From an uncultured Eubacteriales bacterium (GTDB taxonomy: Bacteria; Bacillota; Clostridia; Christensenellales; UBA1242), in the NCBI GenBank assembly GCA_948607205.1, contig CAPERS010000001.1, positions 2,522 through 66,521 of the forward strand: a stretch of DNA of 64,000 nt, in the 5' to 3' direction. Positions within the stretch are counted from its first letter, which is position 1. Each line of letters begins with the position of its first letter. A program made the position numbers and the translations under genes. Below the pieces are notes generated by a model. The model was given only the letters and a program-made list of their open reading frames with translations. It did not search any database and was not told where the DNA came from. This document shows, in pieces, positions 1 through 12,901 of the stretch.

Positions 1-60
1 CTTTAAGTTTCTATCAAGTCTTAATTCTTTCAGTCTTTCGCCGAACTTAATGCTTAACAT
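1..60 (-). CDS. XRE/Cro-CI type HTH regulator, N-terminal 20 codons only (runs off left edge)
   Basis: Reverse strand from ATG at 60 reads MLSIKFGERLKELRLDRNLK, a typical opening of Cro/CI HTH proteins. There is no SD. A minus-strand TATAAT at 67-72 lies 6 nt upstream of the ATG, so the mRNA may be leaderless. Confidence 0.35.
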   Translation of the reverse strand, partial: MLSIKFGERLKELRLDRNLK

Positions 61-93
61 AGATATATTATATACGTAAAGCGCAAAAAATAC

Positions 94-123
94 TTGACAA
101 TTGCGTAACACGTATGTTATATA
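94..123 (+). promoter_or_regulatory. putative sigma-A promoter for the 192..416 HTH gene, divergent from the left-edge HTH gene
   Basis: TTGACA at 94-99, about 17 nt spacer, then TTATAT/TATATA at 117-123. Confidence 0.4.
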
Positions 124-191
124 TAAAATTATTAAAAAAAGTAACTCAAAACTTAAAAAAACTCAAAAAACTATACACAAAGGAAAAAATT

Positions 192-416
192 ATGAAGATT
201 CAGAAAAGTGCGCCAATAAGAATTGATATTGAAAAACTTTCCAAATTTATGCAAAAACAACATTTAAGTAAGACTAAATTAATAAAAAATGCCAAAATAA
301 GTTCAACAACTCTATCTAACATATTTAAAAATAAGCAAACAACCAGATATACAACTTTATACAAAATTGTAACTGCCCTTAACATAAACATTCAAGACAT
401 TCTTGTAAAAAAATAA
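192..416 (+). CDS. XRE-family helix-turn-helix transcriptional regulator (74 aa)
   Basis: Internal ATG at 192 preceded by AAGGAAAA. MKIQKSAPIRIDIEKLSKFMQKQHLSKTKLIKNAKISSTTLSNIFKNKQTTRYTTLYKIVTALNINIQDIL follows the HTH_3 pattern, like the two XRE genes at 62968 and 63300. Confidence 0.6.
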   Translation: MKIQKSAPIRIDIEKLSKFMQKQHLSKTKLIKNAKISSTTLSNIFKNKQTTRYTTLYKIVTALNINIQDILVKK

Positions 417-452
417 GAAATATAATTTCATCCGCAGTGTTATAGCATAAAC

Positions 453-486
453 AAAAAAGCACCGAATTTTGTCGGTGCTTTTTTTA
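453..486. terminator. bidirectional rho-independent terminator
   Basis: AGCACCGA (458-465) / TCGGTGCT (472-479) stem flanked by an A-run and a T-run, between convergent genes. Confidence 0.6.
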
Positions 487-1143
487 TCATGATAAGTATG
501 GCATTTTATCTTTAAAAATATTTTCCGTAAATATCTTTTCACCTCTCTCACGAGCCTCATTGTATAATTTGTTATACTCTTCTTCTGTAAGTTTATTAAG
601 ATTTAAATATTCTGGTTTTAATCTATATAAAGGAATGGCATATTCTGGATAAACAAAACTTTTATAATTTCTCTTATACTCCCCATAACCCTTATATTTC
701 AGTGCAATTTTATCAGGAATGTTAACTGCCATTAATTTATAATTTTCATAACAAAATTTTTTCGTAATATATGGAACTTTCCAAAAAGTATCAAAAAATC
801 CCGCAACCTTGATTGAATTTAAAAACACATATTTGCCTGGATAAGCCTTATACTGATTGTATGGAACAAATTTATTTTTAATTTCTCTTTGCTTTCTATC
901 TTCATTTTCAAAAAGTGGTAATTCTTTTGGAAGATATGGAAACATCTTTAAAATTGGTTTTATTTGATCATCATCACCTTCCAAATTCTCCACTTCAATC
1001 ATCAAGGCTCTAAACTGAGGATAATAATTTATACCAAAACTAAAAACATATTTCCATAAAGGCGAGCCAAAAGTCAATTTTTCAAAATCATTTTTAAGAA
1101 TTGCTTGTTCTTCTTTTATATCACATAATCTCCATAAAAGCAT
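487..1143 (-). CDS. hypothetical protein, 218 aa, no recognisable motif (Tyr/Lys/Pro/Phe-rich)
   Basis: Long ORF in the track, bounded by terminators on both sides. I recognise no family. Confidence 0.5.
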   Translation of the reverse strand: MLLWRLCDIKEEQAILKNDFEKLTFGSPLWKYVFSFGINYYPQFRALMIEVENLEGDDDQIKPILKMFPYLPKELPLFENEDRKQREIKNKFVPYNQYKAYPGKYVFLNSIKVAGFFDTFWKVPYITKKFCYENYKLMAVNIPDKIALKYKGYGEYKRNYKSFVYPEYAIPLYRLKPEYLNLNKLTEEEYNKLYNEARERGEKIFTENIFKDKMPYLS

Positions 1144-1299
1144 ATTTTACACCTCGTGAGAAGATTGTAACACACTCCTTGTGCCTTGTCAATAGTCAAA
1201 TAACTTTAAATGCCTAATTTAAAACAAAAAAAGGCATGCGCAAATGTGCATGTCTTTTTTTTGTTTAATAACACGTATAAATTTTTAAATTGAATTAAA

Positions 1300-2499
1300 T
1301 TATTCAATAATTGTTGAAACAACACCTGAACCAACTGTTCTTCCGCCTTCACGAATAGCGAAACGAAGACCAGCTTCGATAGCGATTGGGTTGATAAGAG
1401 AGATAGTCATGTTGATGTGGTCACCAGGCATAACCATTTCTACGCCCTTTTCAAGTTCGATAACACCAGTGATGTCTGTTGTTCTGAAATAGAATTGTGG
1501 TCTGTAACCATTGAAGAATGGAGTGTGACGTCCGCCTTCTTCTTTCTTAAGAACGTAAACTTCAGCAGTGAATTTTGTGTGAGGTTTGATTGTTCCTGGT
1601 TTGCAGATAACTTGTCCTCTTTGGATATCAGTTCTTTGGATACCACGAAGAAGAACACCAGCATTGTCACCAGCCATTGCAGCGTCAAGTGACTTGTGGA
1701 ACATTTCGATACCAGTTACAACAGTTGTTCTTGGAGCGTCAGTAATACCAACGATTTCAACAGTTTCACCAACTTTGATTTGTCCTCTTTCTACTCTACC
1801 AGTTGCAACAGTTCCACGACCAGTGATTGTGAAAACGTCTTCAACAGGCATAAGGAAAGGCTTATCAGTGTCTCTTTCAGGAGCTGGGATGTAAGAATCA
1901 AGAGCGTCAAGAAGTTCACCGATGCAAGCGCATGCTGGGTCAGAAGCGTTTCCAGCTTGTGCAGCTTCGAGAGCTTTGAGAGCTGATCCTTTGATTACAG
2001 GAGTCTTGTCCCCTGGGAAACCATACTCAGTGAGAAGGTCACGGATTTCAAGTTCAACGAGTTCAAGAAGTTCTGGATCGTCAACTTGATCAGTTTTGTT
2101 CATGAAAACAACGATGTAAGGAACACCAACTTGACGAGCAAGAAGGATGTGTTCTCTTGTTTGAGGCATAGGACCGTCAGTTGAAGCAACAACGAGGATA
2201 GCGCCATCCATTTGAGCGGCACCAGTAATCATGTTTTTAACATAGTCAGCGTGGCCTGGGCAGTCTACGTGTGCGTAGTGACGAGAATCAGTTTGATATT
2301 CAACGTGAGAAGTGTTGATTGTGATTCCTCTTGCCTTTTCTTCTGGGGCTTTATCGATTTGGTCATATCTCATTTTTTCTGCGAAACCCTTTGCAGCTGA
2401 ATACATTGTGATAGCTGCAGTAAGAGTTGTCTTACCATGGTCTACGTGGCCGATAGTTCCAACGTTAACGTGTGGTTTTGTTCTTTCAAAATTTGCCAT
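1300..2499 (-). CDS. tuf: translation elongation factor Tu
   Basis: [18 protein letters not shown] and NKTD GTPase motifs, 399 aa, AGGAG RBS, downstream of fusA in str operon order. Confidence 0.97.
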   Translation of the reverse strand: MANFERTKPHVNVGTIGHVDHGKTTLTAAITMYSAAKGFAEKMRYDQIDKAPEEKARGITINTSHVEYQTDSRHYAHVDCPGHADYVKNMITGAAQMDGAILVVASTDGPMPQTREHILLARQVGVPYIVVFMNKTDQVDDPELLELVELEIRDLLTEYGFPGDKTPVIKGSALKALEAAQAGNASDPACACIGELLDALDSYIPAPERDTDKPFLMPVEDVFTITGRGTVATGRVERGQIKVGETVEIVGITDAPRTTVVTGIEMFHKSLDAAMAGDNAGVLLRGIQRTDIQRGQVICKPGTIKPHTKFTAEVYVLKKEEGGRHTPFFNGYRPQFYFRTTDITGVIELEKGVEMVMPGDHINMTISLINPIAIEAGLRFAIREGGRTVGSGVVSTIIE

Positions 2500-2649
2500 T
2501 TTAAAAATTCTCCTTTTTATTTTTTACTAATGCTATTCTAGCACACTTTTAAATTATCTCAAAATGATTTTATCAATTTTTTTGAAATATTTAAAAGATT
2601 TTTAGGTCTTAATAAGACTTTTAGCGCCTATTATGCAATCAAAGGCAAA

Positions 2650-4725
2650 TTAAGCCTTCTTTGCACGCTCGCCCATGATTGTTTGAGCGATTGAGCGAGG
2701 AACTTCTTGGTATTTAAGAGGTTCCATAACGTAGTTACCACGTCCTTGTGTTTGAGAACGAAGGTCAGTTGCATATCCGAACATGTTTGCAAGTGGAACT
2801 TCGGCATTAACGATTTGGATTCCGTTTGAGCTTTCTGTTCCTGTGAGCATACCACGACGTGAAGTAAGGTTACCCATAACTGTTCCAAGATATTCATCAG
2901 GCACTTCAACAGTAACTTTCATGATAGGTTCAAGAAGAACTGGGTCAGCCTTCTTTGCACCATCTTGGAATGCAAGAGAACCTGCAATCTTGAATGCCAT
3001 TTCAGAAGAGTCAACTTCGTGGAAAGAGCCGTCAACAACTGTAACTTTAAAGTCGATTGTTTCGTATCCAGCAAGCACACCATTCATACGGGCTTCTGCA
3101 ATACCATTGTTGATTGGCTGGATGTATTCCTTAGGAATTGATCCACCAACAGTTTTATCGAAGAATTGGTATCCTTCGCCTGGTTCGAGTGGTTCCATCT
3201 CAATAACGCAGTGTCCGTATTGACCTTTACCACCTGACTGACGGATGAATTTTCCTTCAGCTTTAACCGCTTTCTTGATTGCTTCACGGTAAGAAACTTG
3301 TGGGTCACCAACCGTTGCTTCAACTTTGAATTCACGAAGAAGACGGTCAACGATGATTTCAAGGTGAAGTTCACCCATACCAGCGATAAGAGTTTGACCT
3401 GTTTCAGTGTTTGTTGTCACTCTGAATGATGGGTCTTCTCTCATAAGTTTGGCAAGAGCGAGTGCCATTTTTTCTTGCATATCTTTTGTTTTAGGTTCAA
3501 TAGCAAGTTGGATAACTGGCTCTGGGAATTCCATACTTTCAAGTTGAATTGGGTGTTTTTCGTCACAAAGAGTGTGACCTGTGATTGTGTCTTTAAGACC
3601 AACGATAGCAGCGATGTCACCAGCGCCAACTTCGCTGATTTCTTGACGGTTATTTGCGTGCATACGGATAAGACGACCAACGCGCTCTTGTTTTCCAGTG
3701 TTTGAGTTGTAAACATAAGAGCCAGCAGTGAGTTTTCCTGAATATACACGGAAGAATGTAAGCCCGCCAACATATGGGTCAGTCATAATTTTGAACGCAA
3801 GACCTGAGAATGGAGCGCTTTCGTCTGCTGGACGCTCTTCCTCTTCGTTAGTGTCTGGGTTCATACCCTTCATTGCAGGAATGTCGAGTGGTGATGGAAG
3901 GTATTCAACCATTGCATCAAGAAGCATTTGAACGCCTTTATTCTTATAAGAAGAACCGCAAAGAACAGGTGTCAAAGTCTTGGCAATAGTTGCCTTTCTG
4001 ATTGCTTTTTTGATTTCGTCAAGAGAGATTTCATCCCCTTCGAAATATCTTTCAAGAAGCGCGTCGTCTGTTTCAACAACCTTCTCGATAAGTTCGTCAT
4101 GCATTGCTTGTGCTTTCGCTTGAAGCTCTGCTGGAACATCAGTGATTTCAATTTGTGTTCCCATATCATCCTTGTAGATTTCGGCTTTCATTGTGAGAAG
4201 GTCGATAATTCCACTGAATGTGTCAGCCTCACCAATAGGCATTTGGATTGGCAATGGGTTTGTTTTAAGTCTGTTTTTGATTGACTCAACGCAAGCGAAA
4301 AAGTCAGCAGCATCACGGTCCATCTTGTTCACGTAAATGATTGCTGGAACTCTATATTTTGTTGCTTGACGCCAAACAGTTTCAGTTTGTGGCTGAACTT
4401 TGTCACGAGCAGAAAGAACCAAAACTGTTCCATCAAGAACTTTAAGTGAACGTTCAACTTCGATTGTGAAGTCAACGTGACCTGGTGTGTCAATGATGTT
4501 GATTTTGTGATTCTTCCATGTGCAAGTTGTGCAGGCAGAAGTGATAGTGATACCACGCTCTTGCTCCTGAGCCATCCAGTCCATTGTAGCAGCGCCGTCA
4601 TGCACTTCACCGATTTTGTGGCTCTTTCCGGTGTAGAAAAGAATACGCTCAGTTGTGGTAGTCTTACCAGCATCGATGTGCGCCATGATTCCGACGTTTC
4701 TGGTCATATGAAGATCATTTGCCAT
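2650..4725 (-). CDS. fusA: translation elongation factor G
   Basis: [27 protein letters not shown], 691 aa, str operon position. Confidence 0.97.
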   Translation of the reverse strand: MANDLHMTRNVGIMAHIDAGKTTTTERILFYTGKSHKIGEVHDGAATMDWMAQEQERGITITSACTTCTWKNHKINIIDTPGHVDFTIEVERSLKVLDGTVLVLSARDKVQPQTETVWRQATKYRVPAIIYVNKMDRDAADFFACVESIKNRLKTNPLPIQMPIGEADTFSGIIDLLTMKAEIYKDDMGTQIEITDVPAELQAKAQAMHDELIEKVVETDDALLERYFEGDEISLDEIKKAIRKATIAKTLTPVLCGSSYKNKGVQMLLDAMVEYLPSPLDIPAMKGMNPDTNEEEERPADESAPFSGLAFKIMTDPYVGGLTFFRVYSGKLTAGSYVYNSNTGKQERVGRLIRMHANNRQEISEVGAGDIAAIVGLKDTITGHTLCDEKHPIQLESMEFPEPVIQLAIEPKTKDMQEKMALALAKLMREDPSFRVTTNTETGQTLIAGMGELHLEIIVDRLLREFKVEATVGDPQVSYREAIKKAVKAEGKFIRQSGGKGQYGHCVIEMEPLEPGEGYQFFDKTVGGSIPKEYIQPINNGIAEARMNGVLAGYETIDFKVTVVDGSFHEVDSSEMAFKIAGSLAFQDGAKKADPVLLEPIMKVTVEVPDEYLGTVMGNLTSRRGMLTGTESSNGIQIVNAEVPLANMFGYATDLRSQTQGRGNYVMEPLKYQEVPRSIAQTIMGERAKKA

Positions 4726-4760
4726 AATTTTAATTCCCTTTTTGTAAATTTATAACTTTT

Positions 4761-5198
4761 TTAAGTGCGGTTATAAGGCACTGTAATAGCATTTTTTAAA
4801 TAGTCAGCAATTTCATCCAGCGTTTCAAACACAAGACCGCCATTATTCATTACGATATCTTTTACAACTTTCATGCTTTCCCATTGATGAGCTGAGAACT
4901 TTTTATTATTAAAACTTTCAACCGCACAGAAAAGCAACTTCTTTGGATATTTATTTGAATAATCAACTGCACTTGCAATTGAAGAAAAGCCTTCAATTTC
5001 AGGAGTGATAAAGTAAACTAGAAAATCACAAGATTTTATTCTGTTCTCCTTTTCCTTTTTCGCTTCATTAGACCATTTCCAATTGACTTTTAAAGGATTG
5101 AAAAACAAAATATTATCATTATCGAATTTTCTAACAAAATCATCTCTCCAATCTTTTCCTTTGCAAACGCCACCTAAATTTACTTTCATTTTTACCAT
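4761..5198 (-). CDS. nucleoside 2-deoxyribosyltransferase-like (Nuc_deoxyri_tr2-type) small Rossmann-like protein inserted in the str operon
   Basis: M(VKM)[71 protein letters not shown] matches, from memory, the xYLGGtC..WR..FNP..cD..lyviTp...G.ySIaEvvd pattern of that family. Its ATG overlaps the rpsG TGG-TAA (ATGGTAA), and it ends 35 nt before the fusA start. Confidence 0.55.
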   Translation of the reverse strand: MVKMKVNLGGVCKGKDWRDDFVRKFDNDNILFFNPLKVNWKWSNEAKKEKENRIKSCDFLVYFITPEIEGFSSIASAVDYSNKYPKKLLFCAVESFNNKKFSAHQWESMKVVKDIVMNNGGLVFETLDEIADYLKNAITVPYNRT

Positions 5199-5665
5199 TT
5201 ATAATGTGCAAACGCCTTGTTAGCCTCAGCCATTCTGTGCATTTCATCTCTTCTTTTGATTGAAGCGCCAGTTGAATTGAATGCATCCATGATTTCGCCA
5301 GCAAGTTTTGCATCCATTCCTCTTTCGCCAGAACGTTTTCTAGCAAAAGATACCATCCATCTGATTGCAAGAGTTTGTCTTCTTTCAGGTCTGATTTCCA
5401 TTGGAACTTGGTAAGTTGCACCACCTACTCTTCTTGATTTTGTTTCAAGAACAGGCTTAACGTTTTCAAGTGCAGCTAAAAAAACTTCAAGTGGCTCTTG
5501 TCCCATTTTGTTTTGAATGATGTCAAATGCACCATAAACGATTCTTTGAGCAAGTCCTTTCTTTCCATCTTGCATAACTTGGTTAACAAGTTTAGTAACA
5601 ACTTTGCTCTTATAAATTGGATCAGGAAGAACGTCTTTCTTTTCAGGTCTATTTCTTCTTGGCAT
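5192..5665 (-). CDS. rpsG: 30S ribosomal protein S7
   Basis: [21 protein letters not shown]... Start moved to the ATG at 5665, which is preceded by AAAGGGGA. 157 aa. Confidence 0.95.
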   Translation of the reverse strand: MPRRNRPEKKDVLPDPIYKSKVVTKLVNQVMQDGKKGLAQRIVYGAFDIIQNKMGQEPLEVFLAALENVKPVLETKSRRVGGATYQVPMEIRPERRQTLAIRWMVSFARKRSGERGMDAKLAGEIMDAFNSTGASIKRRDEMHRMAEANKAFAHYKW

Positions 5666-5741
5666 AATATTTCCCCTTTTAAGCAAATTTTTTCAAAAAA
5701 TCTGCGAATAAATTTAAATTTAATTTGTCCCTAGCAAAGTT

Positions 5742-6122
5742 TTACTTTGATTTCTTAGGACGCTTAGCACCGTATTTAGAACGAGATTGCTTTCTGTTCT
5801 GAACACCAGCAGTATCAAGACTTCCACGAACGATGTGATATCTCACACCAGGAAGGTCCTTAACTCTGCCTCCACGAACAAGAACTACGCTATGCTCTTG
5901 AAGGTTGTGTCCAACACCTGGAATGTAGCAAGTTCCTTCTTGTCCGTTTGAAAGTTTAACTCTGGCAATCTTACGAAGAGCTGAGTTAGGCTTCTTTGGA
6001 GTTGCAGTTCTCACAGAAAGGCAAACACCTCTTTTTTGAGGACATTCGTCAAGGAGTGGTGATTTTGACTTCTTTTCAAATGTTTCACGGCCTTTTCTTA
6101 CAAGTTGGTTTATTGTTGGCAT
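5742..6122 (-). CDS. rpsL: 30S ribosomal protein S12
   Basis: [12 protein letters not shown]...[10 protein letters not shown]...[14 protein letters not shown], 126 aa. Confidence 0.97.
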   Translation of the reverse strand: MPTINQLVRKGRETFEKKSKSPLLDECPQKRGVCLSVRTATPKKPNSALRKIARVKLSNGQEGTCYIPGVGHNLQEHSVVLVRGGRVKDLPGVRYHIVRGSLDTAGVQNRKQSRSKYGAKRPKKSK

Positions 6123-6371
6123 ACTTTTCCCCTTTTAACTCAGAATTTTCTGAGAGATTTTTGTCTTTAAAAAAGACAACAGCCATGCTGTTGCCCAACA
6201 AAAATGCTTAACCTAAGTAAAACATGAACAACACGATTGCCTTTTATTCAAGGTCAACTCCGCAAAGTATTTCAGCGAATCAGCGATAAAAATATCACTT
6301 GTTGTTTGTTTATGCTTAAAGCTTTTTATAAAGCCCAGTTTTAAGCATTGCTTCCGACAACGAAGCATACG
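6123..6371 (-). promoter_or_regulatory. long (about 250 nt) structured 5' leader of rpsL, containing a terminator-like hairpin
   Basis: The distance from the predicted promoter to the rpsL ATG sets the length. Several hairpins are present, including CAACAGC-ATG-GCTGTTG followed by TCTTTTTT (6168-6194, minus strand). Confidence 0.4.
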
Positions 6372-6377
6372 TTGGTT

Positions 6378-6406
6378 ATTATATATAATATGAAAAGAAA
6401 AGTCAA
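6378..6406 (-). promoter_or_regulatory. sigma-A type promoter of the str operon
   Basis: Minus strand TTGACT (6401-6406), 17 nt spacer, TATAAT (6378-6383). Confidence 0.6.
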
Positions 6407-6550
6407 GGATTTTTAATAACTTTTCTTTATTATTTTTAGCATTATTTTATCCAATTTAATTTAACAAAAAAAAGCTAAATTTGAAATAAAAAATAAAAAA
6501 CTATCTTTAAAACAAAAAATCACTGATTTTTCAGTGTCTTTTAGTTATTT

Positions 6551-6880
6551 TTAAATTTCATTAGATTCATCTTCGTCTTCATCATCAGAATAATTAAACT
6601 TTTCGCGTCCTATTCTTTTCAAAATTTTCATAGCTTTGTCACAATCTTTATCTGATTTTTGAATATGTTTGTTCATCCAAATCATTGCACCGGTTGCCAC
6701 CAAGCCAAGTCCGCTCAATGCACAAGTGAAAATTGTTAAAGCTTTATCTTTCAAAACGCCTGCGCTTATTCCCACCAAAATAAAACCGCTTAAAGTTGTT
6801 AAAGAAAAAGCATTTCTAAAACCTTTTGCAAGTTTCAAATGATTTTTATTTTCTTCTTTCAATTCCTTTATATTGTTCAT
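6551..6880 (-). CDS. small membrane protein (two predicted TM helices, acidic C-terminal tail)
   Basis: 109 aa. Hydrophobic segments FSLTTLSGFILVGISAGVL and IFTCALSGLGLVATGAMIW. C-terminus DDEDEDESNEI. Confidence 0.5.
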   Translation of the reverse strand: MNNIKELKEENKNHLKLAKGFRNAFSLTTLSGFILVGISAGVLKDKALTIFTCALSGLGLVATGAMIWMNKHIQKSDKDCDKAMKILKRIGREKFNYSDDEDEDESNEI

Positions 6881-6943
6881 TGCTTTTATAAGCTTAAAAT
6901 AATCAATCTATTCTTTATTTTCCATTTTTATCCTCTGACAAAA

Positions 6944-7075
6944 TTAATAACCAAACTCATCGCATCTATCCCAGTCGACATTTGCAAGAGTTTCATTATC
7001 TTTATCTGATTGATAGCAGTCAGCGTCATCACAAACTGGGCTTTCTTTTTCAATAATTTCTACTTCTTCATCCAT
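6944..7075 (-). CDS. candidate 43-aa acidic micro-protein (not in ORF track)
   Basis: AAGGAGA RBS 7 nt upstream of the ATG at 7075. Hand translation: MDEEVEIIEKESPVCDDADCYQSDKDNETLANVDWDRCDEFGY. Confidence 0.35.
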   Translation of the reverse strand: MDEEVEIIEKESPVCDDADCYQSDKDNETLANVDWDRCDEFGY

Positions 7076-7142
7076 CTTAATTTCTCCTTACTAAAAAATA
7101 TATCACACAACTGAACATTTGTCAATATGTGTGATATAAATT

Positions 7143-11368
<4,226 letters not shown>

Positions 11369-11395
11369 ACATTAATAATAGCAAAATAAAAGCAA

Positions 11396-11740
11396 TTAGT
11401 AAACTAAATTCGCCTTATTTTCATCTTCAATCTTTTTTCTGTATTTTAAATATTTTTCGATAGTGTCAAGCAGATATTTTTCTTGCCCACGATTGTCAAG
11501 TGAATTAAATATTTTTTCATTCATCAGACGCTTAATAGGATTATTCACACCTTCATCAGAATTTAAAAGTCGTTGAACATTCTCATAAAAATCATCATCT
11601 TTTTCATCGATAAGTTTAACTTCGCATGCTGGCGAAACTTCATCATAGCCATATGCTTTTCCAATTGTATTCCTATGTATCATTCTGTTTTTTGCTTTAA
11701 GTGCAAGTGCTTTAAGTAAATCACTTCTCTCGCTTTTCAT
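11396..11740 (-). CDS. hypothetical protein, 114 aa
   Basis: ORF with AGGAGGA RBS upstream of the ATG at 11740. No family recognised. Confidence 0.55.
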   Translation of the reverse strand: MKSERSDLLKALALKAKNRMIHRNTIGKAYGYDEVSPACEVKLIDEKDDDFYENVQRLLNSDEGVNNPIKRLMNEKIFNSLDNRGQEKYLLDTIEKYLKYRKKIEDENKANLVY

Positions 11741-11944
11741 ATTAAGTCCTCCTTTTTGTTTTCAAGCATCATAATGAAAAATGCAAGGAAATTATAACAA
11801 AATATTTTCGATATACAAAAGCATATTTTGCCGTTAAAAGAGGAGTTTTGTCGATAAATAGTAGCGTTTTTAACTATCATAAATTTCGACAATTTTGGCG
11901 CTGATAATTTTGAAAAAATCAACAAAAAAGCACCATGAAAGGTG

Positions 11945-12889
11945 CTAAATATAAAGTATCGAAAAGACAAGAAGATAAAGTGCATTTTCACTGAGAATTG
12001 CTCCACTTTTTATCTTGAAATCAATCTCTTCCAAAAGTGCATAGATTTTTTTAAGTTGCATTTTTGAGAAGTTTTTCACTTGCGCTCTCTGTTTTGAAAT
12101 TGCATATTCTTTAACGCCCAAAAGATTTGCAAGCCCTGCATTGTCAAGGTCTGAAATTGAGATAAAGAAAAGGCGTCTGAAATGATTTGTGATAAGGCTT
12201 AGAGTTCCCACATCCTTAACAAGAGAGGAAAGCAACATCAAACTTTTGTCAGCATCGCGCTTTCCAAGCGCTTCTGTAAGTTCAAAAACCACAAAATCAT
12301 TTTCTTTTTTAACAAGTTTTTCAACAAGGTTTTTTGTGATAAGTTCTTCACTCATGTCATAAAAGCAAAGTTTATCAAGCTCGTTCATAATGCGCGTTAA
12401 ATAGCCATCGCAAAAATCTATAAGTGTTTCAAGCGCTTCACTGCTGATTGTTTTTCCACGTTTTGAAATTTCGCTGACAACAATACCTGAAAGCAACTTG
12501 TTTTCCATACGTTTGGCGTCAACAAATTCAACATTTGGCTTTATCGAAGCAAACTTATCGGCAAAGTCAAGAATAATCAAAACGGTGGTTTCAACTGGAT
12601 TTTTGAGATATTCAAGAAGTGCTTTTTTGTCAGATTCATTAACTTTTGACAGGTTTTTCAAGACTATAACTCTTTTCTCACTGCCAAGAGGCATAACTTC
12701 GCAAGCGTCAAGCACAGCCTTCATTGAAAAATTGTCATCATCGAAAGAAATCAAGTTGAAATCGGGATTTTCGAGATTTGACGCTTTTTTAATCATTGAA
12801 AAAGCCTTTTCGAAGAGATAATAATCATCTCCCAAAACAAGATAACAACTTTTTATATGTTCTTTAAGTCGATTTTTAAGCGTTCTCAT
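11945..12889 (-). CDS. holA: DNA polymerase III delta subunit
   Basis: 314 aa, N-terminal pattern YLVLGDDYYL, position immediately downstream of comEC as in Bacillus. Confidence 0.8.
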   Translation of the reverse strand: MRTLKNRLKEHIKSCYLVLGDDYYLFEKAFSMIKKASNLENPDFNLISFDDDNFSMKAVLDACEVMPLGSEKRVIVLKNLSKVNESDKKALLEYLKNPVETTVLIILDFADKFASIKPNVEFVDAKRMENKLLSGIVVSEISKRGKTISSEALETLIDFCDGYLTRIMNELDKLCFYDMSEELITKNLVEKLVKKENDFVVFELTEALGKRDADKSLMLLSSLVKDVGTLSLITNHFRRLFFISISDLDNAGLANLLGVKEYAISKQRAQVKNFSKMQLKKIYALLEEIDFKIKSGAILSENALYLLVFSILYI

Positions 12890-12901
12890 TTCAATCCTTT
12901 T

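Noticed and set aside
1417-4755. Many 60-146 aa ORFs on both strands inside tuf and fusA (for example 1586..1894, 2783..3223, 3441..3773, 4329..4673)
   Set aside because: They lie entirely within, antisense to or out of frame with highly conserved EF-Tu and EF-G coding sequence. They have no RBS and a low-complexity composition. These are shadow ORFs.
11737-12006. 89-aa ORF overlapping the 3' end of holA
   Set aside because: It overlaps holA by about 60 nt out of frame, has a hydrophobic low-complexity translation typical of AT-rich noise, and has no RBS.
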